A stretch of DNA of 64,000 bases. Source: Neoconidiobolus thromboides FSU 785 (Eukaryota; Fungi; Entomophthoromycota). Location of the stretch: the NCBI GenBank assembly GCA_025603075.1, contig MU626262.1, positions 197,136 to 261,135 of the forward strand, read 5' to 3'. The first letter of the stretch is position 1. Each line of letters begins with the position of its first letter. Of the stretch, positions 63,621-64,000 are shown in pieces. A model generated the notes under the pieces. It was not told the origin of the DNA, did not search any database, and saw only the letters and a program-made list of their open reading frames with translations. The translations under genes were made by a program, and so were the position numbers.

Positions 63621-64000
63621 CGCAAGTTATTGAAGGTTATTTAAATTGGTATGAGATGGGGTTGTCTAAATTAGTTTCATTATTTTATCCAATTTTTAAA
63701 AAATTTTGTATTTTAAAAACTTCGCTTAAAATTCTATAAAATCATCTTTTATTAAAACAAAACTACCCAGACACAGTTCTAAATCATTCTATTATAGCTC
63801 ATACTGTAAGTTAATTGAATTTCTATTAGATCTTAAATACATATCCTTGTAAAGATTAATTGGGAAATATTTATTATCAACTGCTTTATAACCAACATTG
63901 TAGATTTATTATCAAATAAATAAACTACTTTAATGTTATAATTACATTATTAATATATTGCCAAGTTAATAAATAGCTGCATGGGAGGGAGTGGTTAGCC

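Overview
AT-rich eukaryotic DNA with short (about 40-70 nt) GT-AG introns. It looks like an early-diverging fungus, probably Entomophthoromycotina (Conidiobolus/Neoconidiobolus-like); this is inferred from base composition, intron size and gene content. I can support about 22 protein-coding genes: Rap1/Rsr1, a DHA2 MFS transporter, an ASCH-C-terminal-like unknown, MRPL32, PARP, an APSES/StuA transcription factor, a Nudix hydrolase, Mog1, PHAF1 with a long N-terminal extension, NIPA, Rab11, Ykt6, an Hv1-like voltage-sensor-only protein, two MCT-type MFS paralogs, two divergent epoxide-hydrolase paralogs, WDR7 and a few unknowns. There is also an intron-containing tRNA-Ile(TAT) and an AA11-type LPMO pseudogene. 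The intergenic DNA holds the most unusual material. (1) A roughly 98-bp MITE family has 18 near-complete copies plus fragments, GGGG...CCCC termini and 4-bp AWWT target-site duplications, which fits the Sola superfamily. (2) Two 318-bp gap-free copies of a dead ORF differ by 53 transitions and 6 transversions, suggesting RIP-like or deamination hypermutation. Their repaired translation resembles the giant-virus (NCLDV) late transcription factor VLTF3. (3) There are several foldback or inverted-repeat segments. All family assignments come from motif recognition by eye; no database searches were run.
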